A program made the position numbers and the translations under genes. Below the pieces are notes generated by a model that worked only from the letters and a program-made list of their open reading frames with translations, was not told the origin of the DNA and made no database searches. A stretch of 64,000 nt of DNA from NCBI GenBank assembly GCA_045837725.1, contig JBEWZL010000278.1, forward strand, positions 124,001 to 188,000. The letters are read 5' to 3'. The DNA is from Vermamoeba vermiformis. Lineage: Eukaryota. Shown in pieces: positions 36,760 to 49,888 of the stretch; position 1 is the first letter of the stretch; each line of letters begins with the position of its first letter.

Positions 36760-39219
36760 TTAAGCCTTGATAGCGTTAGTTAATTGATCGCCCTTCTTGC
36801 CACCAACGTATTCCTTGACGCTGTTCAAAGTAGACTCGGCAATATTAAACAAGGCTTCTTGAGTCAAAAATGCTTGATGAGACGAGACTACGACGTTAGG
36901 ACTGGCGATCAAGCGAGCCAAAACAGTGTCCTTAATGTTTTGAGCGGATTTATTTTCGAAGAAGTATTCCTTCTCGCCTAAATAATATCGATATTAAAAC
37001 CCAATCTATGGTAAGTGGCTTAAGATAGTTTTACCTTCGTAGACGTCCAAACCAGCAGATCCGACCTTGCCGCTCATAATGGCGTCCAAAAGGGCCTCAG
37101 AGTCAACAAGACCACCACGGCTAGTATTAATGATCATAACGCCCTTCTTCATACGATCAAAAGCTTCCTTATTCAAGACATGCCTAAAAAAGGAAATCAG
37201 TTAGTACAGCAACAAAAAAACAATCTGGTGTATCGATCCCTGCATTATCTATAGAGACTTACTTAGTGCCTGGCAATAAAGGAGCGTGCAAAGTAATAAT
37301 ATCACTCTTCTCGAACAATTCGTCCTTGGTTACGTATTTACAAATGTCAGCTGGATCACCGATGTTAGTCAAGGGTTGGCCGAAATGATTATAGTACTAA
37401 TAGCACTTACCAGGCTTAGCCTTAATTTCAGGGTCTTCATAAACATCATAGCAGATGCACTTGCAGCCAAAGCCGAGCAAAATGTCGATAGTGCACTTGC
37501 CGATCTTGCCAGTGCCCAAAACACCAACAGTCTTGCCGCGCATATCAAAGCCTATTATAAATCATATTAGCCCAGCACTAATCAACATTATAGCATATCA
37601 TTTGAGGTCAAGCAAAGGAATATAATCCCGCGTGACACGTACCAACAAGGTTGTTCAAGCTGAAGTTGTGTTCTCTGACGCGGTTGTAAGCCTTGTGAAT
37701 CTTTCTGTTCAAAGTCAACATCAATGTCACGGCGAACTCGGCCACGGCGTAGGGTGAGTAAGCGGGGACACGTGTCACTGACATTTGAAGTTGCTTGGCC
37801 TTCGGCAAGTCAACGTTATCGAAGCCTGCGCAGCGCATAGCAACCATTTCAACGCCATCTAAAATTAAACGTTAGATTATTAGATTATAAGGAGTGAGTA
37901 TTAAGACTTACTCTCATGCAGAGCGCCAACAGCGTCAGATCCAACATCGTCATTAACAAAGCAGCAAGCTGCAGTGGATCCTGACGCCAAGACAGCAGTA
38001 TCCCTAAATATAATAATTAACGTGATATTCGACAAAAGAATAGTCGTCAAGCACTATATTTGGAAATCATGATTGGTTCATGAACGAGCTGATTTTACGT
38101 CAAAGACGCTTAAGCACTCGAAGCGATAATATTGACGAAATAATATTTCAAATAATTTTTAAAAATAATAGAATGATTTCTGGACTTACTTGTTGAGCTT
38201 CTCCTTGAACCATTCAAAGTGGAAATTGAATCCCTTCTCCTTGTTGACTTTTTCGAAAGCAGCGCGCATATACTCCTTCGAGTCGAAGAAGGCAATCGAT
38301 ACGCCCTTATGAGGGGACATACGAGTGCGAACTTGGTTCAAAGTATTGCATTGCTTTCGGACTTGACGAGTCAAAAACGCAATGAAGCTCTCGTTAAGGG
38401 TGTGGTGCTCTTGAAGTAATTTATGGAAGGTGTCTGAATCGAGCACCCAGACGCTAGACTCTTCGTCAGCGACTAAGGTAGCAGCGGATGGATCTTGTTG
38501 GAAAAAGTGAAGTAAGCCAGAAATCTCTCCATTCTTAAGGGAAACCTTCTGTCCATCAGGTCTTTCTTTAACAATACGTCCTATATTTATTAAAATTATT
38601 AGTAAGGGCGAATCACTAATTTCAGACTCAGATCCGAACAAAATTTCAATGCTATCGCACGATCGTACAGCGTAAAAAATGCTCGATCAAGATTTACTTT
38701 TCTTTTTTGGTTTATGTAATGAAGCTATTGCATGCCGCCGAGCGGCAGATCTTGATATTAATTGTGCCAGCCTGTTCATGCTTTCGAAAGGCAATGAACA
38801 CGCAAATTATGGTCGATTGTAGGAATAATTTCAAGAAATATCCAAATAATTTAACAATTTTTAGCACAAAGCAAATCACAAGCCTCCGCGGAAGGTCTGA
38901 AAAGTTTTCCAGCGTAAATTATTGCAATAAATAGACTTAAATTGCTAAGGTGTAGTAATTCTTACCGCTTTCCACGATGAACATGCGGGTTTGCTTTTCG
39001 CCTAATTGTCAAGACGCAGTTATTATCAGATCTGATTTTGTTCATGAAGGATCACGCTACAGATCGCTGTTACGTACCTTGCTTAATTAAAGTATCGCCC
39101 TTCTTCAAAGTAACATTGCTCACGGCCTTCAAAACAGCTTGTAAGTCGGCTTCAGCCAGCGCAGAGAAGAACTCTTCCTTCTTGACTGCATCAGCGAGAG
39201 AAAAATCGATATCGGCCAT
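36760..39219 (-). CDS. cNMP-binding (CRP-like) domain fused to NAD-dependent D-lactate dehydrogenase (LdhA-type)
   Basis: N-terminal [53 protein letters not shown]-terminal [80 protein letters not shown]. Confidence 0.92.
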
Positions 39220-39821
39220 GTGTGTTGTGTTGGTGTGCGTGTGTTAATAAATGTGATGTCGAAACCGCTCGTTTTTGGCACCTGTTCTCACAAATTGTTC
39301 ATGAAAAACTCTGTGCTGAAAATTTGCTCGTCTAATCCACCTGGCCACCCAAAACTTGTCTTGTGCGCCAAAATATGCCTGGTGAAGTTCAAATAAGTTG
39401 TTGCGACTTCGCAGAATTTTATTATCGATACTTGTGGTTCAATCGGCCACTACTTACACTTTTTAGTTAAAAACTAGTAAGTATTGATTTTGTCTCGTTA
39501 GATCAGGTCCTTTGAAGCAATCCAGCGATTATCAATATGGCCAATATCAATGCAATAATGATATGATTATAATTGGACATTTTTTCTCGCATTTAATCGA
39601 AGGATAAGACAGATCAGATCGCAATCTGCCAAAAAAATCATCAAAAACTTACAAATAATTCATAATAATTACCAATATTATGCCTAATACTCCCGCAAAT
39701 GCCACGAATAATTACTAGCCATTTTTAAAATATTAAAGTGTCCAAGAAATAACTCGGCGCTAATTTTGTGGCCTGGAAAAAAAATGCTAACAAAATTTTT
39801 CAGGTCAAAGTCTTCCATTTC

Positions 39822-42800
39822 ATGAGCGAACCTCCTTTGAAACGACAAAAGGTTTCCCATACGATTGACGAAACACAAGTCACACCTCTTAGTCATTCAA
39901 ACGGAAACAATATCAACTACATGGTAAGGGTTTCTGATTCGCAACTCAAATTCTAATTTTAACCCAATTAACAATAGAAATTTAAATCCTATCCACAAAT
40001 TATTTATTAATAATACTATGCATGCTCCGTATAGTATTATTAAATACAATTTCGAAATTTTTTGTGGTGGTTACTAATATTTATTTTTTATGAATTTAGT
40101 CTAAACCAGCTCTTTCCGCTTCAAAAGAACTCCAATATCAAAATGAGTTCAGCCGTCTTTTGGGCGCTATTGGTGAGGAGGCTTTGAAAAGACTTCAATC
40201 AAGCAGAGTGCTCTTGATCGGCTTGAAAGGTCTTGGTGTTGAAATCGGTAAGTAATTGAGAAAAGTCCTATTCGTTTTTCTGTTATTAATACAATATAAA
40301 TTTCCATCACCGCTATTATTCTCGATATTTTGGAATTTTTTTTGGGCTCGCCATCTTAAATCTGCGTTTTTCATTATTTTCTGACTTATCGTTTACAGCC
40401 AAGAACATCGTTTTGATGGGTGTTGCCTCATTGACCATTCATGACCCGAACCCCGTTAAGATTGCCGATCTTTCCTCTCAGGTAAGACTCGCCATCCGTA
40501 CTTAAAATTAATTCAAATATTAACGTAATTATGATTATAACAGTTCTTCTTGGCTGAGGAGGATGTCGGAAAGAACAGAGCCGAAGCCTCGTTGAAGAGA
40601 CTCACCGAACTAAACGAGCGTGTCGAATTGAGCATTTACAACGGCGAATTGACCGAAGACTTCCTCAAGAAGTTCAAGGTCGTTTGCATGACTAACACCA
40701 AGTCTGCCGCTGAAATGTTGCGCATCAACGAAATTTGCCACAGAAACGAAGTCCTCTTCATTGCTGGTGATACCCTCGGTACCTTCGGCTTTGTTTTCAA
40801 CGACTTCGGTGTCGGTCCTGAAGTTGAAGACCCTTCTGACAAGACCAAGCGCACTCACTTGGGCTTCAGAATCAACGACCGCAACGGAGAGAACCCTAAG
40901 ACCGCTTACATTGAAAGCATCACCAAGGACAAGGAAGGCATCGTCACTGTCGTCGAGTCTAACCGTCACGATCTCGAAGACGGCGACGTCGTGCGCCTCA
41001 CTGAAGTCCAAGGCATGACTGAAGTCAACGGCAAAGAATTCCCCGTCTCAGTCAAGGGTCCATTCACCTTCTCCATTGGAGATACCACTGGCTTCGGCGA
41101 CTACATCAAGGGTGGTTTCCTCGAACAAGTCAAGCAACCCATGCACCTCAAATTCGTACGTACAGTTTTATTCGACCTATTGACTTTCAATTGTTCTAAT
41201 TGTGCGCTGTTAGGACCCCTTGGCTGCTTTCTGGGGCAAGAAGGTTCCCTTCGAGAAGTACTTGTTGGCTGACTACGCTAAATTCGACAGACCCGACCAA
41301 TACTTTTTGTTCATCCAAGCCATCTACACTTTCGCCGAGAAGCACAACGGCAACTTGCCTCGTCCTTGGAACGAGGAAGACGCTCAAACCGTCTTGAACC
41401 TCGTCAACGAGTTCAACGGCAAGTTGGAAGAGAAGGTTGAGCTCAACGATAACTTGATCAAGAAGCTCGCCATGACTGCTGCTGGTGATCTCTCACCTAT
41501 GGCTGCTACTTTTGGTGGTATCATCGCTCAAGAAATCATCAAGGCCGTCTCTGCCAAGTACACTCCTATCAACCAATTCTTGTTCTTCGATAGCATCGAG
41601 TGTCTCCCTGAGACTTTGGCTGAGAGCGACGTCAAGTTGGTTGGCACTCGTTACGACGGTCAAATCGCCGTCTTCGGTAATGCCTTCAACGACAAGATCT
41701 TGAACTTGAAGTACTTCTTGGTCGGATCTGGTGCCATCGGTTGCGAGATGTTGAAGAACTGGGCTATGATGGGTGTCGGCTGCGGTCCTAACGGCATGGT
41801 TAACGTTACTGATAACGATACTATCGAAATCTCCAACTTGAACAGACAATTCTTGTACAGACCTTGGGACGTCTCCGTAAGTTTTTACAGCTAATTTGAC
41901 TCCTGTGTCGCAGTACTAATTACGACTTTGAACAGAAATTCAAATCCGCCACCGCTGCCGAGGCCGTCAAGAAGATGAACCCTCACATGAACATCAAGGC
42001 CTGGACTGTCAAGGTCGAGCCTGCCACTGAAGACATGTTGGACGACGAATTCTGGACCAACTTGGACGGTGTCACTAACGCCTTGGATAACGTTCAAGCT
42101 CGTCTCTACGTCGACAGCCGCTGCATCTTCTACAAGTGCGTAAAACTAATATTTCGACCCTGATCGGCTTTAATTAACGCATCCCGTTTTAGGAAGCCTC
42201 TCTTAGAGTCTGGTACTTTGGGCACTAAGGGTAACGTTCAAGTCATCGTTCCTGGCTTGACTGAAAGCTACGGTACTTCCCGCGATCCCCCACCAAAGGA
42301 AACCCCTGTCTGCTTGTTGCACTCGTTCCCCAACAACATTGAGCACTGCTTGCAATGGGCCAGAGAAGACTTGTTCGAAGGCAGCTTTGCCAAGGACCCC
42401 GAGATTGTTACCAACTTCTTGGAGAAGGAAGGCTACTTGAACACTTTGACCCCCGTCATGAAGTTGCCTACCCTCGAGACCCTCGAGCGCTGCTTGATCA
42501 ACGGTCCCAAGACCTTCGATGACTGCATCATGTGGGCCCGCAATGAATTCGAGAAGCGATACAACCACGCTCCTCTTCAATTGCTCCACAACTTCCCCTT
42601 GGATTACGTCGATTCCAACGGCACTCCTTTCTGGTCTGGTGCTAAGCGACCTCCTAAGCCTTTGACCTTCGATGCCAACGATGAAACTCACTTGTCCTTC
42701 GTTGTCTCCGCCACCTTCTTGCGTGCCTACGCTATGGGTCTCATTCCTAGTAAGTTCCCGCGCAAATTTTTTGTGCATAACGGAGACTAACGGCTAACAT

Positions 42801-44004
42801 TCAATTCAGGCGAGCACAAGCCTAACGACTACGAAAACAAGATCGAATATATCAAGAAGGTTGCTGCTGGCATTCAACTTCCTCCTTTCACGCCCAAATC
42901 TGGCGTCAAGATCATTACCGATGAGAAGGTTACCAAGGCTCCTGAAGCCAGCTTGAGCGACGAAGACGACGTCAAGATGGAGAAGATTATCGCTACCTTG
43001 CCTGACCGATCATCTGTAAGCGAGAACCGAAGTTTAATTTGATCAGGATTTAATTTTGACGTTATATTTTTTCTCTCAGGTCAAGCACAGATTCAACAAG
43101 ATTGATTTCGAGAAGGATGATGACACTAACTTCCACATCGACTTCATCACTGCCGCCTCCAACTTGAGAGCGATTGCTTACGGCATCAAGCCCGTCGATC
43201 GTCTCAAATCCAAGTTGATTGCTGGTAAGATTATCCCTGCCATCGTCACAACAACTGCTTTGGTTACTGGTTTGGTTTGCTTGGAATTCTACAAGGTAAG
43301 ACCGATAAAACCGCAACGCGCCACGACGCACGTGCAATGTTACTCGGTTCACGAAGCAAAAAGTTTATTTTCTGACAATCCTGTTTCATGAACCATCATT
43401 TTCGATAATTCTTTTGATCGCTTATTTGCTGAACATACTCGATGTATGACCAAAAATAATGTCAACTAAATACTTGCAAAGTATCATCTGATAATTAAAT
43501 TTTATCTCGATCCAGCTCTTCCAAACTGCTCCAGTCAAGAAGATCGACGATTACCGCAACTGCTTCATCAACTTGGCCTTGCCTTTGTTCCAACAATCAG
43601 AGCCTATTCCTCCTCCTAAGAAGAAGTTCTTGGGCAACGATTACACCTTGTGGGATCGCGTCGACATCAAGGAGGGAGACATCACCTTGCAACAAGTCTT
43701 GGATGTCTTCAAGGCCAAGCACGGTCTTGAAGTTGACATGGTTGGTGTTGGATCCGCTTTAGTTTACGCTAGCTACCAACCCGCTCACAAGGCTCGTTTG
43801 CCTCGCAAGTAAGTAAATTTACAAACGTGGAAGTGTGGCACGCGAGGTATTAATTCACTTTTTAGGCTTTCTGAGCTTGTTCCCGAGGTTACCAAGACAC
43901 CTTTGAAGCCCAAGCAAACTCATTTCAACTTAGAGATTACCGCTAGCGATGCTGACGGTAACGACATTGAAGACTTGCCCGAAGTCGTTTTCTGGTATAA
44001 ATAA
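39822..44004 (+). CDS. UBA1: Ubiquitin-activating enzyme E1
   Basis: [83 protein letters not shown], catalytic [45 protein letters not shown] tail. Confidence 0.95.
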
Positions 44005-44334
44005 GAGGCTGATGCATCGTGTCAACGGCAAATAAATCATTTTTTATCGTAACGCAGATTGATTGAACTTCATGAATAGCGACGTATGATTTTCTGATCT
44101 CCCGGGTCAGATCGATCCGCTTCAAGAAATTGCGCTGGGAGATTATTTTTATTCACTATTATGACCCTTGTGTTACATTCTCAGGACGTGGCAATTCTCA
44201 CGTGTTCTTTCCTGGGCCCGGGCTCGGGCGGTTGGTGTGAAACACAAAAATTAAATCGCGTAGGTATGGTGAATTCGCTATATTACAGGGTTTATATACA
44301 ATAAATACATCGGTTGGTTTTTCTTTCTAATATT

Positions 44335-45143
44335 TTAGAAAGCTTGTTCAAAATTGGGGAAATCGTTCCATGAAGAGGCTTCAATCCAGTCGTTTTCAGC
44401 TTCTGGACTCGAAAAGAAGTAGTACTCCGGTGATGAAACAACTTCGTATGATGATGTATCGTGTTGAGGGGTGAAATATGATTCGGTTTCGTGCAGAGGA
44501 CTCGATACTGACGAGGGCTCTGAGAAGGCATTTTCGCTTTGAGTGTAGTATGCTTCAGGTTCGCTTTCGGCGAAGATTTCGGCGCTCTCGGCGACGTCGG
44601 GAATGATGGATTGTTGGCCGAGGTTTTGGATCTTGACCTCAGTGGGGCAGGCGGTGGGAAGTTCGTAAATAGCAGCTCCGGCGTCGAAGAGACCTTCAAG
44701 ATCACGCTTGCTGTGGAATTTGTTCAACCAAGCAACCAATTTCTTTTCGGTGGCTTCCCATCCTTTAACGCGCTCGGCTCCATTCAAGTAGTTGCTCAAT
44801 TTTGTGGCGCTAAAAATGAAATCCAGATCAATACTTTTTTCCAACTCCGCAAAATAAACAATAATAATTACCTAATGCCCATATCTTGAGCGACTTTCTT
44901 TTGTGATCGATAACCAGTTGTTAAGACTTGTTTAACTGCACGAACCAATCTGGCGTCAGGTGAAGTTCGAATAGTTGATGCTGGCTTTTGGCTGTGGTAT
45001 GAGACATCGGAAGGGGCACTTTGGCATGCTACGATATTAGCAACGGAAAAAGTTTCGCCTCTTTGTCGTTTTCGCAAAGGAAAGGGTTGTTGAACAGGGG
45101 CATCGGCGAAGGCGTCGTCGGCTTTTCTCTTCAAAGGGTTCAT
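44335..45143 (-). CDS. Putative transcription factor: lambda-repressor/XRE-like helix-turn-helix plus acidic C-terminus (one intron)
   Basis: Spliced LVRAVKQVL..RSQKKVAQDMGISATKLSNYLNG..EKKLVAWLNKF. NLS-like PLKRKA..LRKRQR. Acidic, aromatic tail. Confidence 0.55.
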
Positions 45144-46068
45144 ATTGATGTGTTGAGATTATATTATTATCCCTTGCGTGTTGTTAGTTCAAGTTCGTTT
45201 GGCACAATGAACAAAAACTATCGCACGTTCGCTTTTTATGCCGTTTTCAGGATTTCCTAATCGGGAATTGAAGTTATTTTCAATCTTAAAAAGTTTGTTG
45301 GTAACAAAATAACTCCGGGTTTTGCCCAATGCTTACGTATAACACTTTGTTTATCTTGGGCGTGAAATACTTTGAAAAGCCTTTTTCTCCATGCACATCT
45401 GCGCATCCGTTCCGGGGACAACTGGCCCTGCAACAGGACAATACTTCCTGTTATATATGATTGAGATGGACTTCAAAGAAGGACCCGTATTCAAGATCGT
45501 CTATATGTGGTTGAGTGAAAGGAGGTTGTCGTTCATGAACGAGAGGCCAATTCACACATTTTTTTTCTGAAGAACCATAAAAGGAGCGAAGGGAGATTAA
45601 TGAAGCTATTAATATTTCACAGTATCCTAAAGCCGAAAAGTTATTTAATTGCGAAGACTATGCTACCTTCATCGTTAACTCAATCATACAAGCAACTTTC
45701 CCGATTTGACACGTTAGATGTGGTACGCGATCCACGTCGGAATAATCCCTCCTATGAGTACTGAGCATATCTGCATCATACAAGTGCATTCGCCAATAGT
45801 TTAGATGTCAGTCATCTTGGTATAACTTTTGGATTCGTGAAATTCGGACAACCGATCCCGTTCACTGAAAGCAACAAATGTTTTTCGGGAGAAGTGCTTT
45901 AGATTTTTTAACCCGTCTTTGTTTCATGAACGAGCAACTCGTGATTTGAGGAGATCCGTGCGTTTCGTTGGCCTTTACCATAAAGGTGCGGCAAGTGAAT
46001 TTTTGGGCAGCTTGACCTTTCCATCCACCGACTAATTTTTATTCTTTCAGAAAAGCTGGAAAAAACCC

Positions 46069-48839
46069 ATGAGTGGCACGTTATTATCCAAAGTATGGTT
46101 GCTGCTCATACTAGCGGTTTGTAGCTGCGTTGGTAGAGGTTTGAGTTCAGATGTACGGTTATTTGTGTATAAATCAGCCCACTCAGATTTTATAAAATCC
46201 AGCGATAATAATTATGACCTCAATCTTGATATTGAAACGAACGAGTTTGTGGCGCTACGAAGCATCCAAGAGGAACCAACCAAGGTAATTAATTATTTTG
46301 ATATTTCCCACGCTATTAATTGCGGATTGACGAGTTAAATTTGATCTATAAAACTGTCATGAAATAATTGGCCAATTTATTTGACTTTTGTTGATTATTG
46401 ACCAATCCGCCGATTTTCGACTGATGTAACCATTTTGTAGGCCATATTTGAGGATAAAATATCAAAAATTATAGTATGCTCGCAACCAACCACCAATAGA
46501 ACATATAATTTCCAAAATCCACTATCATCTCGCGCTCGATCGGGACTGACAATGGTGATTGAGTTGCAACTCGATAAAGACGAGATTTTAGCTTTGCGAA
46601 GCATTCAAACGCTCGAAAAGTACGTAATTTTCCTATGAGGCGTTCATTCGAGCGATAAATAACCAATGTTGACTTACCGACCACATCCAGGCCCAAGCTT
46701 GAAGCTATTCGTCTTCGCATTGCATCTACACTTCGTAATGTCCTTGGTATTGATGCTGAATACCAAGAAGGACGGGCGCCGTCCGATTCAACCATAGATC
46801 TGTCAAAGTTAGCCGTAGTTAGTGATCGTGCAGTACTAGTGCCGCCTTTTTACGCGCTCGAGGCTAGTACTGACCTATTCGACCTTCAACGCAACGTTAC
46901 GAGCCTGCACATGTCCTTATACTTGCCAAAAATGGAAATAGCATTGAACCGCGAGGGGATCAAGTTGCAGTCAGTGCTCTCTTCAGTTGAGCTCCACGAA
47001 CAATGCCTTGCTATCACAAAGAGTTCTCGTGTCCTAGTCGAGACTGGCATTGCTGCGGGTGTCGAGCACGTGCTTCTGAATGTGCCAGCAAAGTCCGAAG
47101 CAAAGGTTATCGAATGTCGAAATTATACTGATTGCAAACTCCGCACTCTGCAAATGATCGGAAAGTCTAACGAAGACGAGATAAGCGTCACTTGGCCACT
47201 GACTATGACGATGAAGAGGTACTTGAACAAGACCGGCTTCCACCGCGAACTTGCTACTCAAATCCGCCTGTCCAATGTAAAAGTAAGTACCAGTATTATT
47301 ATTCACTATTAGTTTATGTCCATGTTCGAAGAAATTTATCGTCAATTTATTATTTCTGTGGATATGATGAAGTGTTTCGGACTTACCAATCAAATTATGA
47401 GACTACCGCACATAATCATTCCTGAACACTCTAATCACCGAGCACTATCCTCATGCTATCTATATATATCAAATCTAATCGCCAAGTTGCATTGGTGCTT
47501 GTGTTTGGGTCGTCGACAACCACGTTAGTTAATTTTATTGGATGCACGATATGTGGTGCACTTCTTTCGATGCGAAAAACGAATGACAGTCATTTGGTGT
47601 TCACATTAAATAGTTGCGTAAAAATACGTTTTTGTTCCAGGTTAATTCATGTGGCCTTAACATTTTTCAGTGAACCGGTCGGCTTTTGTGTGCCGAAGTT
47701 GTGACACTTGCTGTCAATTCATGAACCCCGGAAACACGATTACTTAATTGCGTACAACTTTTGTGTGCCTTATTGAACTTGTTCTAAGGCATTATATTCA
47801 AATTTTCCTAGTTTCATTAAACGGATGGATCTGATCGTCAATTTCACTAACCAATAACTTCTATGGCTAGGACTTCCGATCGGATTTATCTAAGTGTTCT
47901 CTAGTCCTCGTAGAGACTCTTTCGGAAGACTATTATATTGATAGGGACGAAGTTGAAGGTACGAAATACAAACGCGTTTGCTTCACTTTTTGATGTTTGC
48001 AACCGAAAGAATCACTCGTTGTCGTTAAATTTAAATTTTAATAGTAGATTATATACTTAATAGCATTGAATTTATAGGACTCGAGAGATTTGAAGGCAAC
48101 AATCATTTCGACTTTTTCACGAATGGCATTGACATTGAACGACCGGCCTATACGAGTACACAGCACGTAGTCGTCGTTACATCGAATAATAAGCTAAGGT
48201 AAGATAATACGAGAATAGGGGTCCATATATAGGACTTAAGTTCTTAGCAAGAAAATTATTTTGGTGAAAAGTTTTGGAGCAATTCAACCAAAGGCGGTCG
48301 GATTCTTGAATCTTATCAACATCGCTTATGAATGCTGAAATAACAATATAGAATACTATAATATCGTAGTTAAGACACTTCGCGTTGATGAAACGGATCT
48401 AATGCTGTCAATTTCAGGAGCGATCCGGATGCTACTTACGCGATCAATTTCCCGATCCATTTGCGCTATCAGATGCCGAGTCTTACAGGAAAGGCTTATC
48501 GCGGGACCTATATTAATAAGCCACTAGTTTTCCTGAAATGCAATGATACTCGACCGAACGACGGTGCCTGCAAAGTACCTCCTCACATCGACAACTTGAT
48601 TCCCGTTGTTCAAGAACGAGAAAGCAGACTCATCAACACAAACAAGATGCCAAGATATCACGTGGATACCTATTGAAGCTGATCACGTGGTTGAGTCTTT
48701 TGAGGTCTCGATCCCGACTGGGCAATTACAACAAGATCGCTTGGTGACACTTTTGACATTTGGCTCTAGTGCACTGGCTGTCGTAATCATAGCTTACTTT
48801 GTATATAATTCACCTTCTTCTAAGCAGAAACGCGAATAA
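46069..48839 (+). CDS. PIGX: GPI mannosyltransferase I stabilising subunit (PIG-X/PBN1-like)
   Basis: Signal peptide, GFHRELATQI, LVETLSEDYYIDRDE, IDIERPAY, FPIHLRYQMP, VSIPTG, then a C-terminal TM helix. Confidence 0.8.
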
Positions 48840-49133
48840 AGAAGGTCAGATCCGAGTTCTCGCTCCTACGCACTACATCCAGTTTTATGGCTTCGCATCC
48901 TATCGTAAGCGCGTAATTACATCTTCGTATACGACGTAAAGAGAAGCGTTTGCTACGCAAAAGAGATCTTAAATACACGCGAAATTTAAGTCGTAGCCAA
49001 GTTTAGATTGCCATGCAGTATACTGAATTTTTGAATTTATACCTCAATCACGCTACGCTAAGATATAAAACACCATAGAGTGTTATCCACTTTTATTACT
49101 ATCTACCACAAACACAACTTACAACTCGATAAA

Positions 49134-49536
49134 ATGGACACTGAACAAATGAAAGGAGAAATTCGCTTTGCGAATGCCGATAAGGACAGCAACTACACTA
49201 AGGGCTCGAATCAAACCAAGAGCGACCTTGAGACCGCCAAGCTAGGTCCTGCTGTTCAATTGGATGACCCCAATATGGCTAAGGGCGGCGAGAAAGAGCT
49301 TCAAGTTGGCAAGGTAAAAACACACAGATCCGATCCAATTTTTAACTTACGCAAAGACTACTTTAGCTAATAATTGTACTTAGATCCACGACAAAGACTC
49401 GGCCGAATTGACGAATAGACTTAAGAGAACGGATCAAGAGCAGAGCCGAAGAGCTTATGAAACTTTTGACACGAAGCCTGTCAGGGAGATCCAAGACGAG
49501 CTTCAAGGCAAGGGTCAGAAGCAAGAATCATCTTAA
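49134..49536 (+). CDS. Small hydrophilic (hydrophilin-like) protein, 2 exons
   Basis: MDTEQMKGE..KELQVGK|IHDKDSAE..KQESS*. Canonical intron 49314-49383; highly charged composition. Confidence 0.6.
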
Positions 49537-49659
49537 GTGACATTATGTTTGCTGTCAGAGCAATGATCGTTAAATAAAGTACCTTTTCAATTTAATTTAA
49601 TTTGGCGTTCTGATTTATTCCCATTTTATTAAAAACGATACCACAAAAATTTATCAGAA

Positions 49660-49833
49660 TTTTTTTTTTTTTTTTTGTTGGGGTTTTTTTTTTTTTAATT
49701 TTTTTTTTTTTTTTGTTTTTGTTTTTTTTTTAGGTTTTGAAATCCTTATTAATAATAAAACCCCCCTTTTTTTTTAAAAAAATTTTTTTTGGGAAAAAAA
49801 AAAAAAAAAAAATTTTTAAATATTTTTTTAAAA
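49660..49833. repeat. Degenerate poly-T/poly-A low-complexity tract
   Basis: Long T runs followed by A runs with interspersed G/C clusters, unlike any other intergenic sequence in the window. Confidence 0.85.
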
Positions 49834-49888
49834 ATAAGACAAATGAATTTATTATGATATATACTATAGAGTACAGCAAAGTTTTGCC

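Noticed and set aside
40610-43352. Long antisense and alternative-frame ORFs over UBA1 (also over the 3.7-5.2 kb LRR gene)
   Set aside because: Shadow ORFs caused by strong codon bias in highly expressed genes.
45400-45510. Imperfect hairpins in the HTH/PIG-X intergenic region as an ncRNA
   Set aside because: Stems are short or mismatched and I found no recognisable boxes or promoter element.
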